Positions 55,147 through 63,745 of a stretch of 64,000 bases of DNA are shown here, piece after piece; the stretch's first letter is position 1, and each line of letters starts with the position of its first letter. A program made the position numbers and the translations under genes. Source of the stretch: a virus; IMG/VR virus record IMGVR_UViG_3300005288_000001, positions 108,502 to 172,501 of that record. One strand, 5' to 3'. The notes below the pieces were generated by a model, which was given only the letters and a program-made list of their open reading frames with translations, was not told the origin of the DNA and ran no database searches.

Positions 55147-55407
55147 TTACTCAGTAGCTTGGTTAGCTAACTTCAAAGCCTTCTTCTCTTCCTTACTGAG
55201 TCTAGGTTTAGGGAAGAAACCCTCACAAAGCTCGTCAGTAAGACTGTTCATAGCGTGAGTGAGATTCTCCACATCACCCGTAGCAAGTGACCAGCTCTTG
55301 AATCGAGGTGGCGTTGCGTACAACTCCCACAGGTGTACCTCGATAGAACCGTCGGTGAGCTTAAACACACCGAAGTCCCACATGATGGAAAGTTTCGGGA
55401 TCACCAT
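55147..55407 (-). CDS. Hypothetical protein
   Basis: Coupled ORF. Confidence 0.55.
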   Translation of the reverse strand: MVIPKLSIMWDFGVFKLTDGSIEVHLWELYATPPRFKSWSLATGDVENLTHAMNSLTDELCEGFFPKPRLSKEEKKALKLANQATE

Positions 55408-55706
55408 TTCACCTGTAGGTTGAAGGACTTGAGAGTTTGATCACTTCCTCGGGTTTGGTATTGGTGCTCACCGATATAGACAGTAAACCCGTGGGCTCGA
55501 AGTCTATCCGCAGCTCGGCATACGAAAAGCGGAGCTGGATCCTTTGGCTCTACATGAGGAACAATGGCCATATCAAATTCAACTGTTATAGTAGATCTCC
55601 CTTCCGTGGCCGCAGTACGGATTTGAGGATCAATCTTTTGGAGGAACCGGTCCATCACTGCGGCACTGGCGACCACAAGTGCGCGAGCTTCGTTGTTGGT
55701 GATCAT
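55401..55706 (-). CDS. Hypothetical protein
   Basis: Coupled ORF. Confidence 0.6.
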   Translation of the reverse strand: MITNNEARALVVASAAVMDRFLQKIDPQIRTAATEGRSTITVEFDMAIVPHVEPKDPAPLFVCRAADRLRAHGFTVYIGEHQYQTRGSDQTLKSFNLQVKW

Positions 55707-55936
55707 TCGTAGATGTCCTGTTCGTCAGAGTGGTCTTGGAAGTCGCTGAAATTCAGCTCTTGGACACCTTCGGACAGCGAACCACGACCGTACTCTTCTT
55801 CCTGGCGTTGCTCGTCACGTTCGGCATCACCACGGTTCTTATAGAACCGAACGTAGGCAGAGCCATCGCCACCGTCCTCAATGAAATAGTATCCGAGGAC
55901 GTCGAGGTTAGAGGATTTCAACAGATTGGAGCTCAT
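55703..55936 (-). CDS. Small acidic hypothetical protein
   Basis: D/E-rich, 77 aa. Confidence 0.6.
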   Translation of the reverse strand: MSSNLLKSSNLDVLGYYFIEDGGDGSAYVRFYKNRGDAERDEQRQEEEYGRGSLSEGVQELNFSDFQDHSDEQDIYE

Positions 55937-56381
55937 GAAGTTCTTTCAGGTGGTTGGAGATTTCGGTGTGCATTTGCATGTATTTCGTTACACGCTTGAA
56001 GTCTTTCTCGGTCAGACCCTTGAGGCGACGAATGTCCGAGTTATGGCGCAGGTCAGCGAGCTTAACGTGACAGGCGTCAACGTTGGACTTCAGCTGGTGC
56101 ATATAACCTTCCGGCGATTGGCCAGGAAGTTTCGTCATGGCAGTAACGCCATTGATTATTCGATCGCTGAGACCTGCTGTGTACAAGTCATGATACAGGC
56201 AATCCGTATCTTCAATGATGTCATGGAGGACTGCGATTGCCATAAGTTCGTAATCGTCAGTCTTCAGATAATGCATAACCTTCATCGTATGGAGGATGTA
56301 AGGCTTACCTGACTTGTCCGTCTGAAACTCGTGGTACCTGGCGGCAAGAGCGATCGCCGTGGCGAGTTGTTGCGCGCTCAT
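55908..56381 (-). CDS. Stand-alone RelA/SpoT-type HD hydrolase (small alarmone hydrolase-like)
   Basis: A..YH..Q.DKSGKPYILH; AVLHDIIEDT; VKLADLRHN. Confidence 0.88.
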   Translation of the reverse strand: MSAQQLATAIALAARYHEFQTDKSGKPYILHTMKVMHYLKTDDYELMAIAVLHDIIEDTDCLYHDLYTAGLSDRIINGVTAMTKLPGQSPEGYMHQLKSNVDACHVKLADLRHNSDIRRLKGLTEKDFKRVTKYMQMHTEISNHLKELHELQSVEIL

Positions 56382-56614
56382 TGCTTTCCCTTGATGACAG
56401 TGAGTTTCATCCAACGGGTCGACCATTTGAAAAAGCCGATATGGGATAATGCGTAGAATGCGCCCAGAGTGTTGAAGAATGGAATGAGAGTAAGGATAAT
56501 CGTAAATACGATATCCGAAATCTCCAGATCAATGCCGTCGTTGACATCTTTGTAATGTGCTGCGCAGAAAGCCGCGAAACAAACGATTGCAGAGATAGAG
56601 TAAAATAAAAACAT
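56378..56614 (-). CDS. Small membrane protein
   Basis: Two hydrophobic segments. Confidence 0.55.
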   Translation of the reverse strand: MFLFYSISAIVCFAAFCAAHYKDVNDGIDLEISDIVFTIILTLIPFFNTLGAFYALSHIGFFKWSTRWMKLTVIKGKQ

Positions 56615-56637
56615 ACTGTTCCTTCTAAAAGTAGCGA

Positions 56638-56838
56638 GTGGCCGTAAAGTGGTATAGACTATATTGGTATACTGATTTTACCCCTGAAACGGAACATATG
56701 ACCAACCGATCCCAACGTGTTCCAGAAGACGAACTTCTGGAGACAACCGAATTCAATGAACTTTCCGCGTGCGAACGGATGCTGATCCAGGACGCATATA
56801 ACGAAGCCTTAGACCAAGAAAAGGATTACAATGATTGA
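56638..56838 (+). CDS. Small acidic hypothetical protein (start possibly 56698)
   Basis: Overlaps the start of the macro-domain gene. Confidence 0.5.
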   Translation: MAVKWYRLYWYTDFTPETEHMTNRSQRVPEDELLETTEFNELSACERMLIQDAYNEALDQEKDYND

Positions 56839-57325
56839 GTACCGAAAAGGAAACGTGCTTGACGCTCCAGCCGGTTCCATCATCGTCCATGGCTGTAACG
56901 CCGCTGGAGTTATGGGGTCGGGAGTTGCACTCGCAGTGAAGAAGCGATACCCCGAGGCATTCGAGGTGTATCTACGCGAGTTCTATGTGAATAAGCTGAC
57001 GCTTGGCGGAATCACGTTCTATAAGACGCCTGACGAGACAACTATCATCAACGGGATTACGCAGAAAACCTATGGAACGTATCCTCAACGTTATGTTGAC
57101 TATGAGGCGGTTTCAAAGGTCTTTGAGAAAATCGTGGATGACGTTAAGTACCTCCATCCACAGAGCGTGATTAACGAGTCGTTCGACTTCGACGCTCCTC
57201 AGCCATACGTTCTTGCCTTCCCCAAAATTGGTGCTGGCCTCGGCGGTGGCAGCTGGGACGTAATCTCAGCCATCATCGACGAAGCCGTTCCAGATACCTG
57301 GAAGAAGGTCTGCTACACTTTTTGA
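56831..57325 (+). CDS. Macro domain ADP-ribose hydrolase (T4 Tk.4-like)
   Basis: IEYRKGNVL..IVHGCNAAGVMGSGVA..FPKIGAGLGGGSW. Confidence 0.92.
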   Translation: MIEYRKGNVLDAPAGSIIVHGCNAAGVMGSGVALAVKKRYPEAFEVYLREFYVNKLTLGGITFYKTPDETTIINGITQKTYGTYPQRYVDYEAVSKVFEKIVDDVKYLHPQSVINESFDFDAPQPYVLAFPKIGAGLGGGSWDVISAIIDEAVPDTWKKVCYTF

Positions 57326-57810
57326 TGCAGATAGCGGAAGAGGTTCTGCAATTCCGCGATACCTGCATCAAGGGTTTCGTGGATTGTGATCCCTTCCGCC
57401 TCGGCCATCACTTCCAGGTTACCACGGCGCCAGAAGCCCTTGGGACAAACCAACGTCAGGTTGTCCACTGCGTATCCTGTTCCGAAGATTTGGCCAATTT
57501 CAAGCAATGTGATTGGCGACATCGTGGCGGGATCGATGTAGAAGAAGGTATGGGCAGCACCCAAGAGGGCTTCTTGTTCCCACAGGACCTGCTCCTTGAA
57601 TTGTGGATTGGTCACGCTCTGCACCCACGATGCATCCCATTCGGTTCGCCGGGGATTGAGCAGGAACACTTCGTAATTGTCCAGGGCGATGATCACTTCT
57701 TCCTGCCAGGGTTCGGCCTTGCCCATTTCGATGGACCCACCCAGGAAGATGGAAGGATACATACTATCCCAGACGGAATCAAGGTTTTGGGGTGCGGTGA
57801 AGAGTTTCAC
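57313..57810 (-). CDS. Nucleoside 2-deoxyribosyltransferase-like protein
   Basis: IFLGGSIEMG.A..WQ; LNPRR..WD; QV.WE; SPITLLE.G; GFWR.GN. Confidence 0.85.
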   Translation of the reverse strand: MKLFTAPQNLDSVWDSMYPSIFLGGSIEMGKAEPWQEEVIIALDNYEVFLLNPRRTEWDASWVQSVTNPQFKEQVLWEQEALLGAAHTFFYIDPATMSPITLLEIGQIFGTGYAVDNLTLVCPKGFWRRGNLEVMAEAEGITIHETLDAGIAELQNLFRYLHQKV

Positions 57811-58211
57811 AGTTGTTCCTTGATTGCCGCGGAGATTTCCTTGAAGGCCTTGCGGCGAATGGCGTCTTCGTAGTCCATTCCTTGTTCGCCGTCGTTGTGA
57901 ATGATTGCCGAACGCTTAACGCCGTCGATCGTGAGAACTGGGATTTCATCCAGTTCTGCCCAGGCCATCACTTGGGGAGATGGTGCTACCCGGCCCTTGT
58001 GGCCTCCATTCGGAGCGTCCACGTTGAAGATTTGCGAACCAGCGTCTGCGGCCAGCCAACGCGAGGTATCAGGGTGCTCGCGACGGTAGAGCTCACAGAG
58101 AACACCGAGGCAACAGAAATCGCCCTTGAGGGTCTGCAGGCGGCCAGTGCCTTGGGTAAATTCGCCACTGTCGAGTGCGGCGGTCCACTTTTCTTTGACT
58201 TCGGGGTTCAC
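57807..58211 (-). CDS. Hypothetical protein, paralog 3 of the triplet
   Basis: W..AL.SGEF.QG..RL..FCCLGVLCELYRR..HND..F.EISAAIKEQL. Confidence 0.8.
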   Translation of the reverse strand: MNPEVKEKWTAALDSGEFTQGTGRLQTLKGDFCCLGVLCELYRREHPDTSRWLAADAGSQIFNVDAPNGGHKGRVAPSPQVMAWAELDEIPVLTIDGVKRSAIIHNDGEQGMDYEDAIRRKAFKEISAAIKEQL

Positions 58212-58612
58212 AGTTGTTCCTTGATAGCTGCAGCGATTTGTTTGAAGGTCTTCTTTTGGATGTCGGTTCCGGCACCGTCGTTGTGGAGAACAAAGCCGCC
58301 AGTTTGACCGGCGATGGTCAGCTTTTGTTTGAAGTCGAGTTCGGCCCAGTCTTTGACTGCGTCAGGCGGCAGACCCGAATCGCCTTGATGTGCGTATCCA
58401 TCCACTCCCGGAAAGTTCAGAACCTCGAAGCGCATGTCGTTGCCCACGGTCGGAACCCAACGGGAGGTTTCAGGATGGTGTCGGCGATAGATTTCGCAGA
58501 GGACACCAAGACAGCAGAATTCCTTGCTCTGGGATTGGAGGCGATAGGAGCCTTGAGCAAATTCTTCGCTTTCGAGCGCGGTGACCCAGGCTTCTTTAAC
58601 TTGCGGTTTCAT
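58208..58612 (-). CDS. Hypothetical protein, paralog 2 of the triplet
   Basis: Same motifs. Confidence 0.8.
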   Translation of the reverse strand: MKPQVKEAWVTALESEEFAQGSYRLQSQSKEFCCLGVLCEIYRRHHPETSRWVPTVGNDMRFEVLNFPGVDGYAHQGDSGLPPDAVKDWAELDFKQKLTIAGQTGGFVLHNDGAGTDIQKKTFKQIAAAIKEQL

Positions 58613-59040
58613 TACAGTTGTTCCTTGATGGCGGCGGACAGTTCGGCGAAGCTCTTCTTGTTGTTCGCGTCGTTGTGGTTGTGGAGGCGTGCCACGATAC
58701 CATCAATTTCGACAACAGCATTGTGGACCACCATCGATATGTTGGGGGCATCGAACGCCCAACCAATCACGACTTCCGGCGGCAATCCGATCATCCCGTA
58801 TTCGGCTTCCGGATTGGACCTGAACGTTACGACTTTGCTATGGTCCACCTTCCACTCACCATCCCCGGTCGCGCGACGGTAGAGTTCGCAGAGAACGCCG
58901 TAGCAGCAGAAGCTCCGGACGCCTTCAACTTCATTGCAGAGGCGACCCTGCCCTTGTTCGAATTCGCCCGAAACAAGGGCGTCGGTCCAGAGTTTCTTGA
59001 CTTCCGGCTTCAACTTGGGAGTAACTTTCGGTTCTGTCAT
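58612..59040 (-). CDS. Hypothetical protein, paralog 1 of the triplet
   Basis: Same motifs. Confidence 0.8.
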   Translation of the reverse strand: MTEPKVTPKLKPEVKKLWTDALVSGEFEQGQGRLCNEVEGVRSFCCYGVLCELYRRATGDGEWKVDHSKVVTFRSNPEAEYGMIGLPPEVVIGWAFDAPNISMVVHNAVVEIDGIVARLHNHNDANNKKSFAELSAAIKEQL

Positions 59041-59102
59041 ATCGGTATCTTTCCTGGCGGTTGGTTGATAAAAGGGCCTGTATCAATTATAGGCCCTGGC
59101 TT

Positions 59103-59489
59103 TTATTCCGGTGAACTATTTTTAGCCCGAAAATATGCTTCCAGAAGGGCCTTGATGTTTGGTCCTCCAACCGGATTCATCGAGTGAACGTCAAACTTAA
59201 AGTTCGCCGGAATGAAGGTGCCGTCTTCATCCAGGTCTTGTTCGATCATCCACTTGACCACGTCCAAACCTGTTAGTGGCATTCCATGCAGAGTGTACTT
59301 ATGCCCCAGATCATGGTCGAACGAAATGAACTCGGGACATCCGAACACCCGCATGAATTCGAGTGCCATCCAGTAGTTCCGAGCCACCTTGTAGTTCTCC
59401 CCTGACAAGCTGAAAAAGTCCCCGGGCTCCCGTTCGTCATCGAGAAACATCCACCATTTCACTTGAAGTCCCTCTTGCTGCTGATCCAC
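59103..59489 (-). CDS. Cyclic-phosphate-processing receiver-like domain protein (start possibly about 59462)
   Basis: MFLDDER.P..ISFDHDLG..TG.D..KW..VHSMNPVG. Confidence 0.78.
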   Translation of the reverse strand: MDQQQEGLQVKWWMFLDDEREPGDFFSLSGENYKVARNYWMALEFMRVFGCPEFISFDHDLGHKYTLHGMPLTGLDVVKWMIEQDLDEDGTFIPANFKFDVHSMNPVGGPNIKALLEAYFRAKNSSPE

Positions 59490-59728
59490 TTGACCAGTGG
59501 CGAATCATCGTTAATGAGATATTCCCCACAACCCAGAAGCACCGCGAGGTTGGTCACTGGCAGGACCGACATGATCCTAAGGAACAGCCACTGCCCGTTG
59601 GTGATATGGTGCCAGGTATCCCGCTTGTTTTCTGCCTCCATCATCTTCGTTGCTGACATCCATGCAAGTGGCGAAGCAACGCCCCAGACAAAAAGTCCAA
59701 GTAAGAGAAAATTGTTCATGCCTTCCAC
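59459..59728 (-). CDS. Small membrane protein
   Basis: Two hydrophobic segments. Confidence 0.5.
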   Translation of the reverse strand: MEGMNNFLLLGLFVWGVASPLAWMSATKMMEAENKRDTWHHITNGQWLFLRIMSVLPVTNLAVLLGCGEYLINDDSPLVKWISSKRDFK

Positions 59729-60159
59729 TCCTCAGCATGGTCGTTCTTGTACTCGTCCAGAAGGCAGAGTGCCTTCGTATTGAACTCGGTGAACTTCGAG
59801 TAGTCTGGATTCATGAGGACGCTTGCCCCGACCAACCCCACGTTCAACCCCACTTCCGCCGTAAGCTCTTCCAGCGAAGGAGAGAACCCAGTGTACATGT
59901 AGGCGGTAACGATATAAGGCTGTTCGCCTGGTACGAGTGATTCGTAGATACTGACAACGTGGTTAGGGTCGATCGTCAGCCCGATCTCTTCCTTAACCTC
60001 TCTCACGATTGCTTCCAGAGTTGTTTCCCCGGGGTCTACCTTTCCACCCGGAAGTGCCCAGAGAGCAGAGTTCGGCCGAGTAACTCCCACGAATAGACCC
60101 TCGCTCTCGATGATAATACAAACTGCCTTGGGGATATGCATAAAACCTTGAAATGTCAT
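59716..60159 (-). CDS. NUDIX hydrolase
   Basis: Nudix box GGKVDPGETTLEAIVREVKEEIGL. Confidence 0.92.
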   Translation of the reverse strand: MTFQGFMHIPKAVCIIIESEGLFVGVTRPNSALWALPGGKVDPGETTLEAIVREVKEEIGLTIDPNHVVSIYESLVPGEQPYIVTAYMYTGFSPSLEELTAEVGLNVGLVGASVLMNPDYSKFTEFNTKALCLLDEYKNDHAEEWKA

Positions 60160-60532
60160 ATTTGTAAAAGCCCACGAGGGGCGAATTCTCCAGAAAAATT
60201 TTTAGAGGCTTCCCTCTATTAGAAGACCAACGAAATGACCCTTGGCGGGATACCAGGGGTCGCGAGAAATTTTTGAAACGAAAGACCTGAATACGTCCCG
60301 CCTAAAGGCCGGGCTCAAATCCGGAGCCTCGCCATACGAGTGTCATTTTGCGGAAAGTAAAGAACTTTCTCCCTATCGCCAAAAGTTGACGAAATCAGGC
60401 AAAGAGCGGAGGCACCAAGAGGAGCAGCCCACCAGCCACCACCAACAGTCCTCCCAGACGCAGCGACGTGAGTCCTGAGCAGGCCGCCAAGGCTCCGCCG
60501 AGGAAGACGAGCCATAGCCCTAGACCCATGAC

Positions 60533-60775
60533 TCAGCGCCCTTGGCGAGCCATTGCGGCAAGCTCTAGGTTAGTGTCTGCCTCCCAATGGTCGCCCCGTG
60601 CAGCATGCAGGCGAGCCATCTCTTCCCAGTGTGCGGCACGAGCCTCAGCACTCAGAGCGATTGCTTTGGTGAGGTGTTGGTTGACTCGCTTCGCGCGAGC
60701 CCTGTTTTGTTGATAGGTGATACCTATCGCGAGGGCCAAGCCCAGCAGTACAGCGATCATGTCAATTGCGTCCAT
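60533..60775 (-). CDS. Early small membrane-anchored protein
   Basis: Has its own promoter and RBS; N-terminal TM. Confidence 0.65.
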   Translation of the reverse strand: MDAIDMIAVLLGLALAIGITYQQNRARAKRVNQHLTKAIALSAEARAAHWEEMARLHAARGDHWEADTNLELAAMARQGR

Positions 60776-60787
60776 AGTTGCCTTTCA

Positions 60788-60840
60788 ATTATACGCGGAA
60801 CAGGGTGAAAAGTAAAGCCCCCTCACACCGAAGGGGCTTT
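60788..60840 (-). promoter_or_regulatory. Stem-loop plus early promoter TTTACT-N17-TATAAT
   Basis: An AAAGCCCC..GGGGCTTT hairpin whose 3' arm runs into the -35 box. Confidence 0.8.
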
Positions 60841-60846
60841 TGGCTT

Positions 60847-61158
60847 TTACTCCTGGTCGGGAGCGGCAGCAGCCGGGGCAACGATCAGCTCAGCGCCGCC
60901 GTCAGCCATCGGCTTCAGGATGAACACCGAGGGCTCGTCGCCCGGCAGGACCTTCAGCATGCCCGTCAGATCGGACTTGATGCAGGCGATCCCGAACTCG
61001 AAGCCAGGCGTCTGCACGCGGATGTTGCCACGGGTCGACCAGACGGCCTTGAGCAGCGTTGCGTTGGAATGGCCGGCCACTTGGGCGCGGGCGATGGCGA
61101 CGTCACCAGCGGTGAGCTTGACGGCGGCGACGGGGGTGGAAGCGATAGCGGTGGTCAT
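60847..61158 (-). CDS. Early hypothetical protein (GC-rich codons, strong RBS)
   Basis: AAGGAG RBS; several promoters upstream. Confidence 0.75.
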   Translation of the reverse strand: MTTAIASTPVAAVKLTAGDVAIARAQVAGHSNATLLKAVWSTRGNIRVQTPGFEFGIACIKSDLTGMLKVLPGDEPSVFILKPMADGGAELIVAPAAAAPDQE

Positions 61159-61227
61159 AGAAACTCCTTCATTTAACCAAACCCTTAGCCAGGGGAGCGG
61201 GCCGGTAAACGCTACCGGCTTAGGTCA

Positions 61228-61256
61228 ATTATAAAGCTAAGTCAAATTAAATAAAA
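61228..61256 (-). promoter_or_regulatory. Early promoter TTTTAT-N17-TATAAT
   Basis: Family match. Confidence 0.75.
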
Positions 61257-61300
61257 GCCATTTATTCAAAAGCCCCTACGAGTTCAACGGGTATCGCCTC

Positions 61301-61329
61301 TATATACTACGTCCATGAATAAAAGTAAA
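61301..61329 (-). promoter_or_regulatory. Early promoter TTTACT-N17-TATATA
   Basis: Family match with a weaker -10. Confidence 0.55.
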
Positions 61330-61425
61330 GACCTATGTTGGGAGGGGTCTTTAGGACGCTGGGCACCCCACTCAATTATACGCCAGTTCTGTCGCTTGTG
61401 TCCAAGACCCTACGCAAAATAGGTC

Positions 61426-61454
61426 TTTTATTTAAATCACGATGGCGCTATAAT
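61426..61454 (+). promoter_or_regulatory. Early promoter TTTTAT-N17-TATAAT
   Basis: Family match; drives 61487..61699. Confidence 0.78.
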
Positions 61455-61486
61455 TGGTGTACCGACTAACCCGCTAGGAGAAACTT

Positions 61487-61699
61487 ATGAACCGCGCTAT
61501 CTGGACCGTGACCTATGTTCCCCGTAACGACACCAAGACCCTCACTGCTGAGGTCCAGGTGGATATGTCGGGCGCTCAGTTCTACGCCACCAACCTGAGC
61601 CTCTGGGGTTGCGGTAAGATGGCCTACTCGCCTGCTGGTGCCATTCGTATGCTGGTGCAGGATATGGCTACCATCGTATCTATGACCCCAAAGGTCTAA
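61487..61699 (+). CDS. Early hypothetical protein
   Basis: AGGAG RBS, own promoter and terminator. Confidence 0.75.
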   Translation: MNRAIWTVTYVPRNDTKTLTAEVQVDMSGAQFYATNLSLWGCGKMAYSPAGAIRMLVQDMATIVSMTPKV

Positions 61700-61706
61700 T
61701 GTCCAC

Positions 61707-61728
61707 AGAGCCCCGTCAGGGGCTTTTT
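61707..61728 (+). terminator. Intrinsic terminator
   Basis: AGCCCC-GTCA-GGGGCTTTTT. Confidence 0.8.
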
Positions 61729-61874
61729 CGCAGGCGGAATCTACAGCTCCGCAGTGAGCTGTTTCGTTGGAACGATCGTTCGTTGGTGCGTGAAAAAGAG
61801 GGGACCAGTTTGACCCAGTCCCCTCAAAGGCCCGAAGGCCAGTCTACCGCTAGACTATTCTGTTGGAGGCAGCA

Positions 61875-62249
61875 TTAGGCGCCTCCGTAATATGGGTCAC
61901 GACCACCGAACGGGTCGTCACGATCACGCATACGCTGTTCATGTTCCCATTGGTCGTATGCGTCGGGAATGCTGATGCCAATGTGCCGACGAAACAGGAT
62001 GGCTGCCAGTGCCCCTTTGTTCCTGTGCTCATTGCTGCTGCGCCCGTTGTTCCATTCAATGCGGCGAACGAGCACTTCTTCGAGCTTCTCTTCGTCCCAT
62101 TGGTACAGCTCGACATACTCGAGCCCCAGGCCGTCTTCATACCATACAGCAGCCTTCTCGAGCTGGCTCACGGTCATCTGGCAGGTCGCGTATGGGTCAT
62201 GGTCGGGGCCGATAGACCCCGTCTTGACCTTGATCTTGACGGAGTTCAT
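61875..62249 (-). CDS. Early hypothetical protein
   Basis: Likely start MNSVKIK after the upstream stop. Confidence 0.6.
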   Translation of the reverse strand: MNSVKIKVKTGSIGPDHDPYATCQMTVSQLEKAAVWYEDGLGLEYVELYQWDEEKLEEVLVRRIEWNNGRSSNEHRNKGALAAILFRRHIGISIPDAYDQWEHEQRMRDRDDPFGGRDPYYGGA

Positions 62250-62251
62250 AA

Positions 62252-62506
62252 TCAGCCCTTCTTCTTCAGGTTCAACATCCAACGCAGCACGGCGCGAGCG
62301 GGCCAGTAGCCACGCACACCAGCGATGTCCAGGGCCAGCCGCAACTGGCGATACATCATCTTGAGCGAGGCATGCTCAGCAAGAGCCCACTCACGCAGGG
62401 CGTTAACCTGCTTCTGGCTCAACCATTCGAACGTCGCCTTCAGGGCTTCGGCTTCGCGCTCGACCTTTGTCAGTTCACGCTTCGAGAATTGCTTTGTATA
62501 CGACAC
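62252..62506 (-). CDS. Early hypothetical protein
   Basis: GTG start after AAAGG, downstream of a promoter. Confidence 0.6.
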   Translation of the reverse strand: MSYTKQFSKRELTKVEREAEALKATFEWLSQKQVNALREWALAEHASLKMMYRQLRLALDIAGVRGYWPARAVLRWMLNLKKKG

Positions 62507-62548
62507 GGTAGACCTTTCAGAACCCGACCTCAACCGGGCCGGTAAGCA

Positions 62549-62577
62549 ATTATAACCCGGAACTGAATTAAAATAAA
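62549..62577 (-). promoter_or_regulatory. Early promoter TTTATT-N17-TATAAT
   Basis: Family match. Confidence 0.78.
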
Positions 62578-62581
62578 GCCC

Positions 62582-62875
62582 TTACCAAAAGATATGTATC
62601 GCTATCGTGGCGAGGCCACCGACACCAGCAGCATACACTGCGCGCACGAACCACTTCACCACTGGGCTCGGCTCAGCAAAGGCAGCTGAGGGGTTCAATT
62701 CCATGAACCGAGCCACGTTAGCATGGTGCTCGGATTCACGTTCGTCAGCAGCACGACGCTTGTCTTCTTTGGACTGTCTCATAGAGTCTGCAGCACCCTG
62801 CGCCGCAGCAGCGCCCACCAGGGCACCAATCAGATGGTCCTTGTTGAGAGTGATGTTGGTGCAGGGGATATGCAT
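62582..62875 (-). CDS. Early membrane-anchored hypothetical protein
   Basis: AAGGAG RBS before MHIPCTN; C-terminal TM. Confidence 0.6.
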   Translation of the reverse strand: MHIPCTNITLNKDHLIGALVGAAAAQGAADSMRQSKEDKRRAADERESEHHANVARFMELNPSAAFAEPSPVVKWFVRAVYAAGVGGLATIAIHIFW

Positions 62876-62885
62876 GGTGAGCTCC

Positions 62886-63293
62886 TTATGCGAAACGCGA
62901 AACAATGTGGTGGGGATGACCGTCTTCGAATGCCTCGAGGGCCAGGTCACGTGAGGAATACTCGGTATCGTCGGACCAACGGGCCACAGTCAGGCGAAAC
63001 GGGCCATCGGCCGAATCGGACAGATCATCGCGCAGCGCATGGAACGCAGAAGGCGTCGCATCAATCACGTGACGAACGCCCGAGTATTCCACGCAGTCAC
63101 AGTCACGGCCGGACTCAAGCACCAGGACCTTGCCTTCGTGGGCATGCTTGGTCAGTATCTCGACCAGGCGACCACGAGCCGAGATACGCTCGTCAAGGTC
63201 TTCGAACAACCGAGCGGCAAGCTTGCCGCGTTGGCCATGATCACCATTCCTGAGGATCAGCTCACGGGCAACTTTGGAGGGGAAGAGGTTCAT
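62886..63293 (-). CDS. Early hypothetical protein (ESGRDCDC motif)
   Basis: AAGGAA RBS before MNLFPSK. Confidence 0.7.
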   Translation of the reverse strand: MNLFPSKVARELILRNGDHGQRGKLAARLFEDLDERISARGRLVEILTKHAHEGKVLVLESGRDCDCVEYSGVRHVIDATPSAFHALRDDLSDSADGPFRLTVARWSDDTEYSSRDLALEAFEDGHPHHIVSRFA

Positions 63294-63323
63294 AGCGGTA
63301 GTTCCTTTTAAGTCAGTAAGGCA

Positions 63324-63375
63324 ATTATAGCGCCAACTCAAATAAAAGTAAAGCCCCTATAGAAACAAGGGGCTT
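63324..63375 (-). promoter_or_regulatory. Stem-loop plus early promoter TTTACT-N17-TATAAT
   Basis: An AAGCCCCT..AGGGGCTT hairpin fused to the -35 box. Confidence 0.8.
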
Positions 63376-63379
63376 CGGC

Positions 63380-63625
63380 TCAGATGGGGAACGGCTTGCC
63401 GTTGAAGACTTGGGCCCAGGTCAACCGGGTACGACGACGCACAGGCTGAGTCATGTAGGACACGCAGCGCTTGGTCTCTTCAGACACGATGGCGAAGTCG
63501 TAGCCAACAGGCGGCAGGTAGTAGGACACAAACCGCACGCATTGCTCGAGCTCACCCTTGGCGAGCGGCTGGTTAACAGCGCCCCGAGGGGCGCCATCGA
63601 ATTCAACAATGACGAGATAGCCCAT
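63380..63625 (-). CDS. Early hypothetical protein
   Basis: Start corrected to MGYLVIVEF (TGATG overlap). Confidence 0.6.
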   Translation of the reverse strand: MGYLVIVEFDGAPRGAVNQPLAKGELEQCVRFVSYYLPPVGYDFAIVSEETKRCVSYMTQPVRRRTRLTWAQVFNGKPFPI

Positions 63626-63714
63626 CAGAAACCTCCGGCGAGCAAGAAGCCAATAGCGAGGAACGTCAGGATCGAGGCAACGGCCCAGATCAGACCACGT
63701 TGGAAGTTTGTCAT
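63625..63714 (-). CDS. 29-aa single-TM peptide (not in ORF track)
   Basis: MTNFQRGLIWAVASILTFLAIGFLLAGGF; TAAGGA RBS right after a promoter. Confidence 0.6.
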   Translation of the reverse strand: MTNFQRGLIWAVASILTFLAIGFLLAGGF

Positions 63715-63745
63715 AGCGGTAATCCTTATTAGTTTCGGTACCCCA

